In this document: in pieces, positions 1 through 8,986 of the stretch
How positions within the stretch are numbered: the first letter of the stretch is position 1
Layout of the letters: the number at the start of each line of letters is the position of its first letter
NCBI GenBank assembly: GCA_041494685.1
Contig: JBGQBE010000015.1
Span: forward strand, 1-58,469
Direction: 5' to 3'
DNA length: 58,469 nucleotides
From: Dehalococcoidia bacterium
GTDB lineage: Bacteria; Chloroflexota; Dehalococcoidia; DSTF01; JACRBR01
The notes under the pieces: generated by a model
The model's input: the letters and a program-made list of their open reading frames with translations, nothing else
Database searches by the model: none
Told to the model about the DNA's origin: nothing
Made by a program: the position numbers and the translations under genes

Positions 1-259
1 CGTGTGGCGGTACGGCGTCACGCGCCAGGAGACGCTGACCTATCTTGGCGCCAACCCTCCGGGCAAGGAGCCGAAGGTACCGCCCGCGACGCCGACCCCG
101 ACGGGGACGCGCACGCCGCGGCCGACCCGTACGGCGACGCCGACGAACACGCGCACGCCCAGGCCCACGCGCACGCCCACGCCGACGTCGACGGGCACGC
201 CGACATCGACGGCCACGGCCGCCTCCACCGCGACGCCGACGTTTGCGCCTACGCCGTAG
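1..259 (+). CDS. 3' end of a protein with a Pro/Thr-repeat tail (partial, starts before window)
   Basis: Open frame from window edge to TAG at 257-259; translation dominated by PT/TPT repeats. Confidence 0.7.
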   Translation, partial: VWRYGVTRQETLTYLGANPPGKEPKVPPATPTPTGTRTPRPTRTATPTNTRTPRPTRTPTPTSTGTPTSTATAASTATPTFAPTP

Positions 260-362
260 CGGCGGGCGCGACGCCCGAGCGCCGGGTCATCATCCGCGCC
301 GTGAGTGGGTGTGGCGAGAGGCCGGGGTGGTGAAGTGCCGAGGGGCGCGCGGACCGCTTCGC

Positions 363-605
363 CTAGCGATCCTGCCAGGAGACAAATTCTTCGAGGAGGC
401 GCTTCAGGCCGCCACGGGGCTGCGCCGTGACGCTGCCGCGGACTTCATAGCGGCGGAAGCAGCGGGTACAGCGATCCACCGCCACGCCGCCGCCAAGCGA
501 ATGGCGGACCACGGCGCCGCCGCAGCCCGGCACGACGCAGACGGCCTTGCGGGTGGCAACTTCCAGGACAGCCTGATCTTCTTGTCTGTTGACGGGGTGT
601 GTCAT
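363..605 (-). CDS. Small hypothetical protein, possible Zn-ribbon (80 aa)
   Basis: MTHPVN... start at 605 within ORF 363..728; Cys pairs CVVPGC and CTRC. Confidence 0.5.
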   Translation of the reverse strand: MTHPVNRQEDQAVLEVATRKAVCVVPGCGGAVVRHSLGGGVAVDRCTRCFRRYEVRGSVTAQPRGGLKRLLEEFVSWQDR

Positions 606-827
606 CGCGATTGAGATCGTAGCGGATCGCGGCGCGCCGCGAGCGTGCCTTATGTCACAATTTTCGCACCTTGACCGGCGCTTGACAGCCTGGCGCCGAT
701 GCCCGGATGAAAGGTTCGCTCGAGACAAGCTCCCCGTTTCGAGCGGTCCTCCGCGGTGGGGCCGGGCGCGCCAACCCCCTTGCGAGGACGCGCGGCCGAC
801 CCTTGCCGTCTCCCGCTCGTCCTGCCG

Positions 828-2324
828 CTAGTCCGGAACGAAGAGGTTGATGCCGCCGTCGCCCGCGCTCACCCGCCCCTTCGTGCCCACCGCCTCTTCC
901 TTCGTCATCGATTCCAGGGTGTGCCGGTCAGAGGGCGTGTTGGCGAAGAAGCGCGCGCCGGCCGCATCACGGCCGATGACAATGCCGCGTTCGGGTAAGC
1001 CATCGCGGTTGAACAGCACGGTGTACGTCTCGACCGTCGCAGCGCCCGCCGGCTCTACTGCGAACGGCGGTCTCGGCCGGGCGTCGATGCGCGCCTGGTC
1101 GAGCTTCGGATCGGTGCGCCGCCACGGGCCGGACGGGGGCTCCGTGCTGTAGACGCCGGCCGAATGCTTGGTGACGTACCATCCGTTGGCGGTGACCAGT
1201 CCGAGCGCGCCGCGGTCGGCGCGCAGCCGCTCGACCATCGTGGCGATGCTGTGGGTGACGTAGTTGTTGCCCGGGCCGCCAAAGTAGGGCAGGCCACCGG
1301 TGACGGTGAGCGGGCGCGGGTCTTCGTGCGCGATGCCCAGCTCGTCGCGGGCGATCTGGACCGCCGAGGGGAAGCAGCTGTAGAGGTCGAGGTGGGCGAT
1401 CTGGTCGATGCTGGCGCCGGCCATGCCGAGGGCGCGTTCGCCGCAGGTGCGGATCGCGGGCGACGAGTGGTAGTCCTCGCGCTCGCTGATGAACCAGTGG
1501 TCGGTGGCGTCGCCGCAGCCGCGCAGGTACACCCACCGGTCCCCCGGGACGCCGAGGCGGCGCGCCTCGCCGACGCTGGTGAGCAGCAGGGCGGCGCCCT
1601 GGTCCACGTCGATGATGGCGTTCATCACCTTCGTGTACGGGAAGCCGATGTAGCGGTTATCCGCGCCGGGCGTGGCGATCTCGTGCGGGGTCCTCGCGTT
1701 GCGGAACCAGGCGTGGAGGTTCGTGGCGGCGACGGACGTGAACGGGGCGAAGAGTTCGCCCAGCGCCTGCTGGTGCGCCGCGATGCTGCGGCCGTAGTGG
1801 GCCCGCAGCGCGTTCTCGAAGAGCGGATACACGCTTGTGGGCAGCGTGGCGCCGTGCTTGCCTTCGATGTCGCTGATGCCGGCGCGCGCGTCGCCGACGT
1901 CGGGCGCCGGCGTGCCGCGGGGTGACCAGCCGAGGTCCACGCCCTTCGCGCGTGCGCGCCGCGCAGAGTACATGCACTCGGCGCCCGCGATGAGCGCCAG
2001 CTTCACCTCGCCGTCGTGGATGGCCTGCGCGGCCTGGTTCACCTGCCACTGCGGCGAGTTGCCGCCGATGTGCGTGTAGAGCGCTTCGCGCGGGGCGACG
2101 GCCAGTGCGTGCGCGAGATCGCGCGCCGGATCCTTCGACGGCCACGACATGATGTTGATGACGCGGATCGAATCGAGCTCGTGCAGCAGGTCGCCAGCGC
2201 CCGCGTCCGTCTCGGCGAGGCGCGCGGCTTCGGTCATGAGGGCCAGCGGCTCGCGCGGGCGTTCGGTCTGCGGGCGCTGTGTGACCTGCCCGACGCCGAC
2301 GATGATCGGCAGATTGTCGTCCAT
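828..2324 (-). CDS. Thiolase-like acetyl-CoA acetyltransferase family protein
   Basis: Starts MDDNLPIIVGVGQ; motifs GGNSPQ, DLYSCFPSAV, LTVTGGLPYFGGPGNNY, ANGWYVTKHS. Start moved from 2525 because the longer ORF overlaps the tRNA. Confidence 0.85.
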   Translation of the reverse strand: MDDNLPIIVGVGQVTQRPQTERPREPLALMTEAARLAETDAGAGDLLHELDSIRVINIMSWPSKDPARDLAHALAVAPREALYTHIGGNSPQWQVNQAAQAIHDGEVKLALIAGAECMYSARRARAKGVDLGWSPRGTPAPDVGDARAGISDIEGKHGATLPTSVYPLFENALRAHYGRSIAAHQQALGELFAPFTSVAATNLHAWFRNARTPHEIATPGADNRYIGFPYTKVMNAIIDVDQGAALLLTSVGEARRLGVPGDRWVYLRGCGDATDHWFISEREDYHSSPAIRTCGERALGMAGASIDQIAHLDLYSCFPSAVQIARDELGIAHEDPRPLTVTGGLPYFGGPGNNYVTHSIATMVERLRADRGALGLVTANGWYVTKHSAGVYSTEPPSGPWRRTDPKLDQARIDARPRPPFAVEPAGAATVETYTVLFNRDGLPERGIVIGRDAAGARFFANTPSDRHTLESMTKEEAVGTKGRVSAGDGGINLFVPD

Positions 2325-2444
2325 GCTCTCCGTCCCGTGCTCTGCGCGTGTGCTGCGCGTGCGTGCGACGCCAGCAAACACGGTCAGCGGCGGAAGGGCA
2401 AGCGTAGCGAGCGGATCGGACGGCCGATATACTGCGCCGCGTGT

Positions 2445-2521
2445 GGCGCCATCGTCTAGAGGCCCAGGACGCCGCCCTTTCAAGGCGGAGATCGCGGGTT
2501 CGAATCCCGCTGGCGCTACCA
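2445..2521 (+). tRNA. tRNA-Glu (anticodon UUC)
   Basis: Cloverleaf: acceptor GGCGCCA/TGGCGCT, anticodon arm CCGCC-CTTTCAA-GGCGG, T arm GCGGG-TTCGAAT-CCCGC, encoded CCA. Confidence 0.97.
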
Positions 2522-2533
2522 CCACTCGCCATC

Positions 2534-2555
2534 GAGCCCGGCTTTGTCCGGGCTT
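2534..2555 (+). terminator. Hairpin downstream of tRNA-Glu
   Basis: AGCCCGG-CTTTGT-CCGGGCT followed by a short T-rich stretch. Confidence 0.5.
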
Positions 2556-2621
2556 CCTGCATTTTGGCGCGGTGTCGTCGGCGGCTTGGAGCTGCGCTAG
2601 TGATGGAGTATCGTCTCGCCC

Positions 2622-3484
2622 ATGTTAGAGAAAGGCAGCCATGTCCCGAGCCGCATTGGCCGAACCAGCGTCACGTTCTCGCAGGTCGCGTCGATCCTCA
2701 CGCCCGCGTCGGGATTTGTGGGCGCATACGACTTCACCCTCAACCCATACGGGGGTGCTCATTCGGGTGCGAGTACTGCTATGCGCGCTTCTTCGCGCGA
2801 GACGATTCGCTCGTGGCGACGTGGGGCGATTGGGTGCAGGTCAAGAGCAACGCGGTGCAGGCCCTTCGGAGAGCCGTCGCGTCCCGTGGAAAGCGGCGCC
2901 TCGCACCAGGTGCGCGGATCTACATGTCAAGCGTGACGGATCCGTACCAACCTATCGAGAAACGCCTTGGCCTGACGCGCTCGTTGCTACAGGAACTCAT
3001 CGCGGTGCAGCCGCGGCTCACCATCCAGACGCGCAGCCCGCTCGTCACACGAGATATCGGCCTGCTGCGGGCGTTCCGCCACGTCCGCGTCAACTTCACG
3101 GTGCCAACGGACTCCGAGACGGTGCGGCTCCGGTACGAACCCCGGTGCCCTGCGATCGAGGTACGGCTGAGAGCGGCGGAGGTGCTGGCTGCCGCCGACG
3201 TGCCGGTGGGCATTTCCGTGAGCCCGATGCTGCCGATCTCAGACCCGGAGATGTTCGGTGAGCGAATTGTACGCGTACGCGCGGCGGAGTATGTCACGCA
3301 ATATCTGAAGCAGGGGAACGTGCGATTTGCTGCCGGGAGCCCGGCCGGCGCTGTCGGCAAACTCCGGGAGGACGGTTGGACGCCCGAGCGTTATCGCGAT
3401 GCACGCGCGACGATTGCCAGCGTATTGGAGGCGCACGGACTCCGCCTGTTGGAAGGAAGGGAAGGGTATGCTCCCGCCGAATGA
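2622..3484 (+). pseudogene. Radical SAM protein (SplB/Rv2578c-like), split by a 1-nt frameshift
   Basis: Frame of 2622 gives ...GFVGAYDFTLNPYG; frame of ORF 2441 gives CSFGCEYCYA, SSVTDPYQPIE, IQTRSPLVTRD. The frames join if the G5 run at 2751-2755 were G6. Confidence 0.85.
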
Positions 3485-4349
3485 AATGGACTGGCAGAAG
3501 ATCCTCGTCCGGCTTGACGATTTGCTACTGAACGCGGCCGAGCGCTACCTGCGGCTGCGCCGCGTCAATGCCGCTGACATCGAGCGCGGAAACAACATCT
3601 TGGAGGGTACTCTCGGTGCGGGTTCAGAGCCGGATTACAATGATTCAGCTGTGGTGGCTGCCTATGCGTTCAAGTATCTCGCGAGGCGCGTCACGTCGCT
3701 CTTGGGAGCGTTGATGTTTCTGGATGACCGCGAATTGCCGCACCGCGTGCTCGATGTGGCGAGCGGAAGTGACGCGACCTCGATAGCGCTGCATTTGCGT
3801 TTCCCGGGTCGGAGAATGAGCGTCGACGCAGTCGAGCCGAGTCGTGAGATGCGCACACTTGGCGACCAGTTCGACCTCGGAGCTGGCCTGGCGCTCAGTC
3901 GTAAGCCCGGCACGTTCAGAGACATAGTGAGTGGTGGGCTCGGGCTCGATCCCGGCGCGTACGATCTGATCGTGATGTCCACGGGGTTTCCTTACGATAC
4001 CAACTGGGATGATGACTTCTGGAACGCGCTGGTAGCAAGAATCGCTGCGGCCGCGGCTGAGGCATCGACCATGATCGCCATAGAGCCCCAGGCAAAGGCT
4101 CGAATCCTTGTAGGGTCAGAGATGGCGATCCGCGCTACGGAGCGCTTTCGTACACAACAGTGGTGTTGTCACGATATGCCGGAAGCAGTGCGGCAACCGT
4201 CCACGTTGCGGCGCTCCACTCTGATGCTGCAGAGGTACTTTCCTCAAGGGCATCCAGTGCAAACGTGGAATCCCATTCGACGCGAGTATGTGGTCGTAGC
4301 CCGCGAGGGCGCGATGGTCGCGCGGCGGCACTCGCCGAGTTCGAAGTAG
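3468..4349 (+). CDS. Putative class I SAM-dependent methyltransferase
   Basis: VLDVASGS motif I, DAVEPS, YDLIVMS, IAIEP; overlaps the radical SAM stop; AT-richer codons than flanks. Confidence 0.6.
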   Translation: MLPPNEMDWQKILVRLDDLLLNAAERYLRLRRVNAADIERGNNILEGTLGAGSEPDYNDSAVVAAYAFKYLARRVTSLLGALMFLDDRELPHRVLDVASGSDATSIALHLRFPGRRMSVDAVEPSREMRTLGDQFDLGAGLALSRKPGTFRDIVSGGLGLDPGAYDLIVMSTGFPYDTNWDDDFWNALVARIAAAAAEASTMIAIEPQAKARILVGSEMAIRATERFRTQQWCCHDMPEAVRQPSTLRRSTLMLQRYFPQGHPVQTWNPIRREYVVVAREGAMVARRHSPSSK

Positions 4350-4365
4350 CGCCCGCGGGCGCTAC
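4339..4365. repeat. Perfect 20-bp palindrome (4346-4365) that also resembles the tRNA-Glu 3' end
   Basis: GTAGCGCCCGCGGGCGCTAC; GTTCGAA..CCCGCGGGCGCTAC versus tRNA GTTCGAATCCCGCTGGCGCTAC. Confidence 0.55.
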
Positions 4366-4601
4366 GAATTTTGAATCGAACTGACTGAGCGTGAGCAGAG
4401 TGCCTTCGGTCAGGACCGTCAGGCACTTGCGGTGCGGCTGGCTGCGCCTCAGGCACCGCCGGCTTGGCTCACATCGCCCCATCTCAACGCCTCGCGATAG
4501 CCCATGAGCAGCTTCGAAGCGGCTGCGGAATCGCTGCCAGGGTGCCGATCATGTGCAGGGGTCTTGGGACCTTGGGCGACGGACGCCCGGTGCCCAATCG
4601 C

Positions 4602-6851
4602 ATGAACGAACCTGACATCGGCGCCGCATCGACACCGCTTCTGGCTGCGCGCGGAGCGTCACTCGCGCGACTGAACGAGCGTGCCCAGCACCCGGCGTTC
4701 ATCGTGGCGGTGGGGCTATCGGCTTTCCTTCTGTTCAGCCTCGAGCTGCTTGCCGGGCGACTCGTGCTGCCGGTATTCGGCGGGGCTCCGGCGGTCTGGA
4801 CCACGAGCCTCTGTTTCTTTACGGCGGTGCTGTTCTTCGGCTACGCGTACGCTCACTTCATCGCGACGCGGATACCGCCGTCCGTGGCGGGCATGCTTCA
4901 GCTGAGCGTTGCCGTGGGCGTCGCAGCGATCACGCTCGTCTCGCCGGCACATTTGTCGTCGCTGCGCCTGGCGGACATGCCGGCGTCGCTTAACGTGCTG
5001 CTCGTACTCGGCGTCATCGCCGGCGGGCCCGCGTTCCTGCTCGCGACGACGACGCCGCTGCTTTCAGCATGGTACGCGGGGCGCGGAGGAGACCCATGGG
5101 GGCTGTTCGCTGTGTCGAACGGCGCGAGCTTCCTCGCTCTGCTGTCGTATCCGTTTGTCATCGAGCCGTCGATTGGGCTTCCGGCGCAGCGCGATCTGCT
5201 GGTGGTAGCACTCGCGGCATACGCAGCCAGTCTCGTGCCGATCGTCCTGGGGGCGCGACATTCGGCGACGGCTGCGGAAGCGCCCGCTCAGGCGGATGGC
5301 GGCGCGCTCAGCGTGCGGCGGCAGGCGATCTGGCTGATCGCTGCGCTCGTTCCAGCAGGACTGCTGTCGGCGACGACGAACTTCCTGCAGACTGACCTGA
5401 TCTCGGCGCCGCTAATCTGGATCGGGCCGCTCGGAATCTACCTGGCGAGCTTCGTGGTCGCGTTTGCCGAGCGCGGCCGCAGCGTCGTGCGCGCGTGCCG
5501 ATGGCTGATGCCGGCGGCCGCGACGCTACTCTGGCTGCCGTTCATCAGGCCGGAAGCATGGCCGCCAGTCCCCTTGCTCGGGGTTGAGTTTGGGGCACTC
5601 TTCGTGCTGGCAGTTGCCATCCACGGATCGCTGGCTCACGACCGCCCCGACGCGCGGCGGGTGACGCGCTTCTATCTCATCCTTACCGCGGGAGGCGCTG
5701 TCGGTACTGCGTTCGTGGCGCTCGCCGCGCCGCTGCTGTTTTCGACGATCTACGAGTACCCGTTGCTGGTCGTTGTGGGACTGATCGTGCTCGTACTGCT
5801 CCCGGCGCCGACCGGTAGTGCGATGGTTCGCATCGACGCGCGGACAATGATTCGGGGTGGGGCCAGGCGGATCGTGCCGTATGCCGCCGCCGGTACGATG
5901 CTCTATCTTCTCATCGACGCGCAGCGGCCTGACGCCGCGGCGGACGTGCGCAGCCTGCTGCTCATCGGCGGGATCGTAGTGTTCACGGCGATCAGCCCGA
6001 AGATTCTGGCGACTGCGACGCCGCTGTCGCTGGCGGTACTCATCGCTATCACTTCCACGAGCCCGCTGCTCCGGACGCGGACGTTCTTCGGCGTGATCGA
6101 AGTGCGCGAGGCCGACGGCGCCCACCTGGAGTACTCGGGGACGACGCTGCACGGCCTGCAGTACACCGACGCGCGCCGAAGCCAGCCTTCGACGTACTAT
6201 TCTCGCGTTGGGCCCTTGGCGGGTGTGTTCGACGATCTGCGGTCGAGGACGGACGGCGCGCGGATCGGCGTCGTGGGACTGGGCGTAGGTACCATCGCAG
6301 CGTATGCACAGACCGGCGACGACATGACGTTCTACGAGATCGACCAAGCGGTGGTGAACATCGCCCGCGACCGTCGGTACTTCACATACCTGTCCGATGC
6401 ACCGGTGACGCCTACCGTCGTGGTGGGCGACGCGCGGCTGTCGCTCGAGGATCAGCCGTCGGGCTCGTTCGACCTGCTGGTGCTCGACGCGTTCTCGTCT
6501 GATAGCGTGCCGGCGCACCTGCTGACGCGCGAAGCGATGCAGACGTACGCGCGGACGCTACGGCCGGGCGGGATCCTCGCCTTCCATCTGTCGAACCGCT
6601 ACTACAGCCTGGCCGGGCCGGTCGGCGCGACGGCGCGGTCGGTGGGGCTGGACGCGGTGTCACTCGGGTCGCACGTCGATGCGGGCGCGGTCGAGAAATT
6701 CGGCGCGACGGACTCGCGCTGGCTCGTCGCGGGGCGGCACGAAGACGTCGTACGGTTTGCGGCGACCGGATGGAGCGAGCCGTCAGATCGTGGGTACGTG
6801 CTGACGGATGACTACTCCGACCTGACGCGATCGCTGCGGATCGGGTTGTGA
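4602..6851 (+). CDS. Fused multi-TM / spermidine synthase-like methyltransferase membrane protein
   Basis: Many hydrophobic helices (LPVFGGAPAVWTT), then GTTLHGLQ, VVGLGVGT, FYEIDQAV, GDARL, LVLDAFSSDSVPAHLLT, LTDDYSDL. Confidence 0.85.
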   Translation: MNEPDIGAASTPLLAARGASLARLNERAQHPAFIVAVGLSAFLLFSLELLAGRLVLPVFGGAPAVWTTSLCFFTAVLFFGYAYAHFIATRIPPSVAGMLQLSVAVGVAAITLVSPAHLSSLRLADMPASLNVLLVLGVIAGGPAFLLATTTPLLSAWYAGRGGDPWGLFAVSNGASFLALLSYPFVIEPSIGLPAQRDLLVVALAAYAASLVPIVLGARHSATAAEAPAQADGGALSVRRQAIWLIAALVPAGLLSATTNFLQTDLISAPLIWIGPLGIYLASFVVAFAERGRSVVRACRWLMPAAATLLWLPFIRPEAWPPVPLLGVEFGALFVLAVAIHGSLAHDRPDARRVTRFYLILTAGGAVGTAFVALAAPLLFSTIYEYPLLVVVGLIVLVLLPAPTGSAMVRIDARTMIRGGARRIVPYAAAGTMLYLLIDAQRPDAAADVRSLLLIGGIVVFTAISPKILATATPLSLAVLIAITSTSPLLRTRTFFGVIEVREADGAHLEYSGTTLHGLQYTDARRSQPSTYYSRVGPLAGVFDDLRSRTDGARIGVVGLGVGTIAAYAQTGDDMTFYEIDQAVVNIARDRRYFTYLSDAPVTPTVVVGDARLSLEDQPSGSFDLLVLDAFSSDSVPAHLLTREAMQTYARTLRPGGILAFHLSNRYYSLAGPVGATARSVGLDAVSLGSHVDAGAVEKFGATDSRWLVAGRHEDVVRFAATGWSEPSDRGYVLTDDYSDLTRSLRIGL

Positions 6852-7146
6852 TCATCAGGCAAAAAGTCGCGGTCGGCATCACGGCCTCAGACATACCACG
6901 GACCTCACGCGGATCTGTCAACAACGTCTGTGGGAACTACAGCTAGCAAGGCTCTACCGAAGGCGCCCTCCGGTTCGATGTTAGTTCGATGCCCCTTTCG
7001 AACTAGCGAACGCGAGGGCGACCAACCTCCTCGAACCTGGATCGCGGTGGTCGACGCCGCGGTGCCCGGCCTCGCCGGCACCGCCGCCCGTGGCCTTCAA
7101 CGCTTGGGCATAGGATAATCCCCTTGCGACTGAGGGAGGCGGAACT

Positions 7147-7689
7147 ATGCCACGCATTCGTCCTGTGGAGCACGGGGAGGGAACGCCGGACGTCCGGGCG
7201 GCGTACGACGACGTGGTTCGCGAGCACGGCCGCATCACCAACATGAAGCGCACCCTGCTCCGTTCTCAGCCCGCGTTTCACGCGTTGATGGAGTGGTACC
7301 CGCTGCGCGACACGGTGCAGCCGTTCCTCGGGGAGCGCCTGACGAACCTGTTCGCCCACGCGATCTCGTCCGAGAACGACTGCCTGATCTGCTCGACGTT
7401 CTTCCGGCGCATCCTGATCGACGCGGGCGAGGATCCGGATCGGTTCGAGCTGGACGAGCGCGAAGAAGCGGTCGTCGCATTCGGCCGGCAACTCGCAAAG
7501 CCGTTCGCGCGCGTCCCGGATGAGATCTTTGCGCGGCTCGCAGCGGCATTCACGGAGGAGCAGATCGTGGCGCTGACCGCGTTCGGTGCGCTGATGGTGG
7601 CGACCAACATCGTCAACAATGCGCTGGACATCGATCTCGACGGCTACCTGGATGACTACCGCAAAGGCGGCGCGGGACAGACAGGATAG
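7147..7689 (+). CDS. Carboxymuconolactone decarboxylase/AhpD-like protein
   Basis: GGAGG RBS; SSENDCLIC CxxC motif; AhpD-like helical pattern. Confidence 0.7.
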   Translation: MPRIRPVEHGEGTPDVRAAYDDVVREHGRITNMKRTLLRSQPAFHALMEWYPLRDTVQPFLGERLTNLFAHAISSENDCLICSTFFRRILIDAGEDPDRFELDEREEAVVAFGRQLAKPFARVPDEIFARLAAAFTEEQIVALTAFGALMVATNIVNNALDIDLDGYLDDYRKGGAGQTG

Positions 7690-7697
7690 GAGGTTTG

Positions 7698-8507
7698 ATG
7701 GCAGAGCGCGAATTCGAATCGAAGGTCGCCTTCATCACGGGCGCTGCCCACGGCCAGGGCCGGGCGGTCGCGCTGGCCCTCGCGCGTGCCGGTGCGCGCA
7801 TCGCCGCCTTCGACGTTGCGAAGCCACTCTCGTATCCGGGCTACGAGCTTGGATCGCAGGACGAACTGCACAGCCTCCAGCAGTCCTGCCGCGAGACCGG
7901 ATCGGAGTGCCTGATCTTCGAGGGCGACGTGCGGGACGATGCAGCCATCACCGCCGCCGTAGACGGGACGGTCGCCGAATTCGGGCGCATCGACGTGCTG
8001 TTCAACAACGCCGGCATCTGCGCGTACGGGCTGGCGCACGAACTGACGGAGGACGCCTGGGACGCGATGATCGACATCAACCTGAAGGGAAGCTGGCTCG
8101 TGGCCAGGCGGGTGATACCCGTGATGATCGAGCAGCGGTCTGGCGTGATCATCAACAACTCGTCAGTTGCCGGGCTGCGCGGGATGAGCCGGTTGAGCCA
8201 CTACGCGGCGTCAAAATGGGGCCTGACTGGGCTGACGAAATCCTGGGCCATCGAGCTGGCGCCGCACGGCATCCGTGTGGTGTCGATCCATCCGACCGGC
8301 GTCAACACGCCGATGAACGACGGCCTGGCCTACCTCGAGGGTGCCTCACCGCAGGAGATCGCCGAGCGGTCGGCCGGCAACCTACTGCCGGTGCCCTGGA
8401 TCGAGCCGGAGGACGTGGCGGAGGCCGTGTTGTACCTCGCGTCGGACCGCGCGCGGTTCGTGACGGGCTCCCAGTTCGTCATCGACGCGGGGTTACTTAC
8501 ACAGTAG
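7698..8507 (+). CDS. Mycofactocin-coupled-type SDR oxidoreductase
   Basis: KVAFITGAAHGQGR, insert after the Rossmann beta-2 strand (PLSYPGYELGS), NNAGI, YAASK, SIHPTGVNTPM, LPVPWIEPEDV. Confidence 0.8.
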   Translation: MAEREFESKVAFITGAAHGQGRAVALALARAGARIAAFDVAKPLSYPGYELGSQDELHSLQQSCRETGSECLIFEGDVRDDAAITAAVDGTVAEFGRIDVLFNNAGICAYGLAHELTEDAWDAMIDINLKGSWLVARRVIPVMIEQRSGVIINNSSVAGLRGMSRLSHYAASKWGLTGLTKSWAIELAPHGIRVVSIHPTGVNTPMNDGLAYLEGASPQEIAERSAGNLLPVPWIEPEDVAEAVLYLASDRARFVTGSQFVIDAGLLTQ

Positions 8508-8548
8508 CGTCCGCGAAGCCGCTCTCGGACACACGGATCGCGCCTGCC

Positions 8549-8962
8549 TCATCGTTGTTTCGGTGCGTTTGGCAGCGGCAGTTCCGTCGACGCAAGCAGC
8601 CACTGCATCTCCAGGCCCGACGAGCGGTGCTCGCCGATCTCCTTCACGTGCGGGTCGCCCATCACCGCGAGGAACGCTCGGCGCGACGGGTACTCGACGA
8701 GGGCGGCGGAGTGGAAGCCTTCGCCGCCTTCGCCGATTACCTGTGAGTCGATGCGTCCCGCCCAGATGAAGCGCCCGCCCTTCGACTCGACGAACTCCCG
8801 CATGCGCGTGGCGTACCGGAGGTACGCATTCTCGCCCGTGGCGCCGGTGTTCGGCCCGTCGGCGTTCTGCTTGTAGCGCAGCAGATTGATCATCACGACC
8901 GGCTCATCGACCGGGCCGTCCATGAGTTGCTTGATCTGTTCTGGCGTCGGGTAGATTGCCAT
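8549..8962 (-). CDS. DUF1330 family protein
   Basis: PVVMINLLRY, AYLRY, LVEYPSRRAF, HRSSGLE. Confidence 0.75.
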   Translation of the reverse strand: MAIYPTPEQIKQLMDGPVDEPVVMINLLRYKQNADGPNTGATGENAYLRYATRMREFVESKGGRFIWAGRIDSQVIGEGGEGFHSAALVEYPSRRAFLAVMGDPHVKEIGEHRSSGLEMQWLLASTELPLPNAPKQR

Positions 8963-8986
8963 GCGTTGCCCCCTTCGAACGGTCGG

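Noticed and set aside
80..259. Tandem ACGCCG/CCGACG-like repeats (also 30515-30700 and 31665-31770) as CRISPR or VNTR
   Set aside because: They are in-frame codons for Pro/Thr tails; no constant repeat with unique spacers and no cas genes
2445..2521. Functional link between tRNA-Glu and hemA
   Set aside because: About 52 kb apart with unrelated genes between; likely coincidence
2325..2525. N-terminal extension of ORF 828..2525 (MVVAPAGFEPAIS...)
   Set aside because: It is the antisense translation of tRNA-Glu; family similarity begins at 2324
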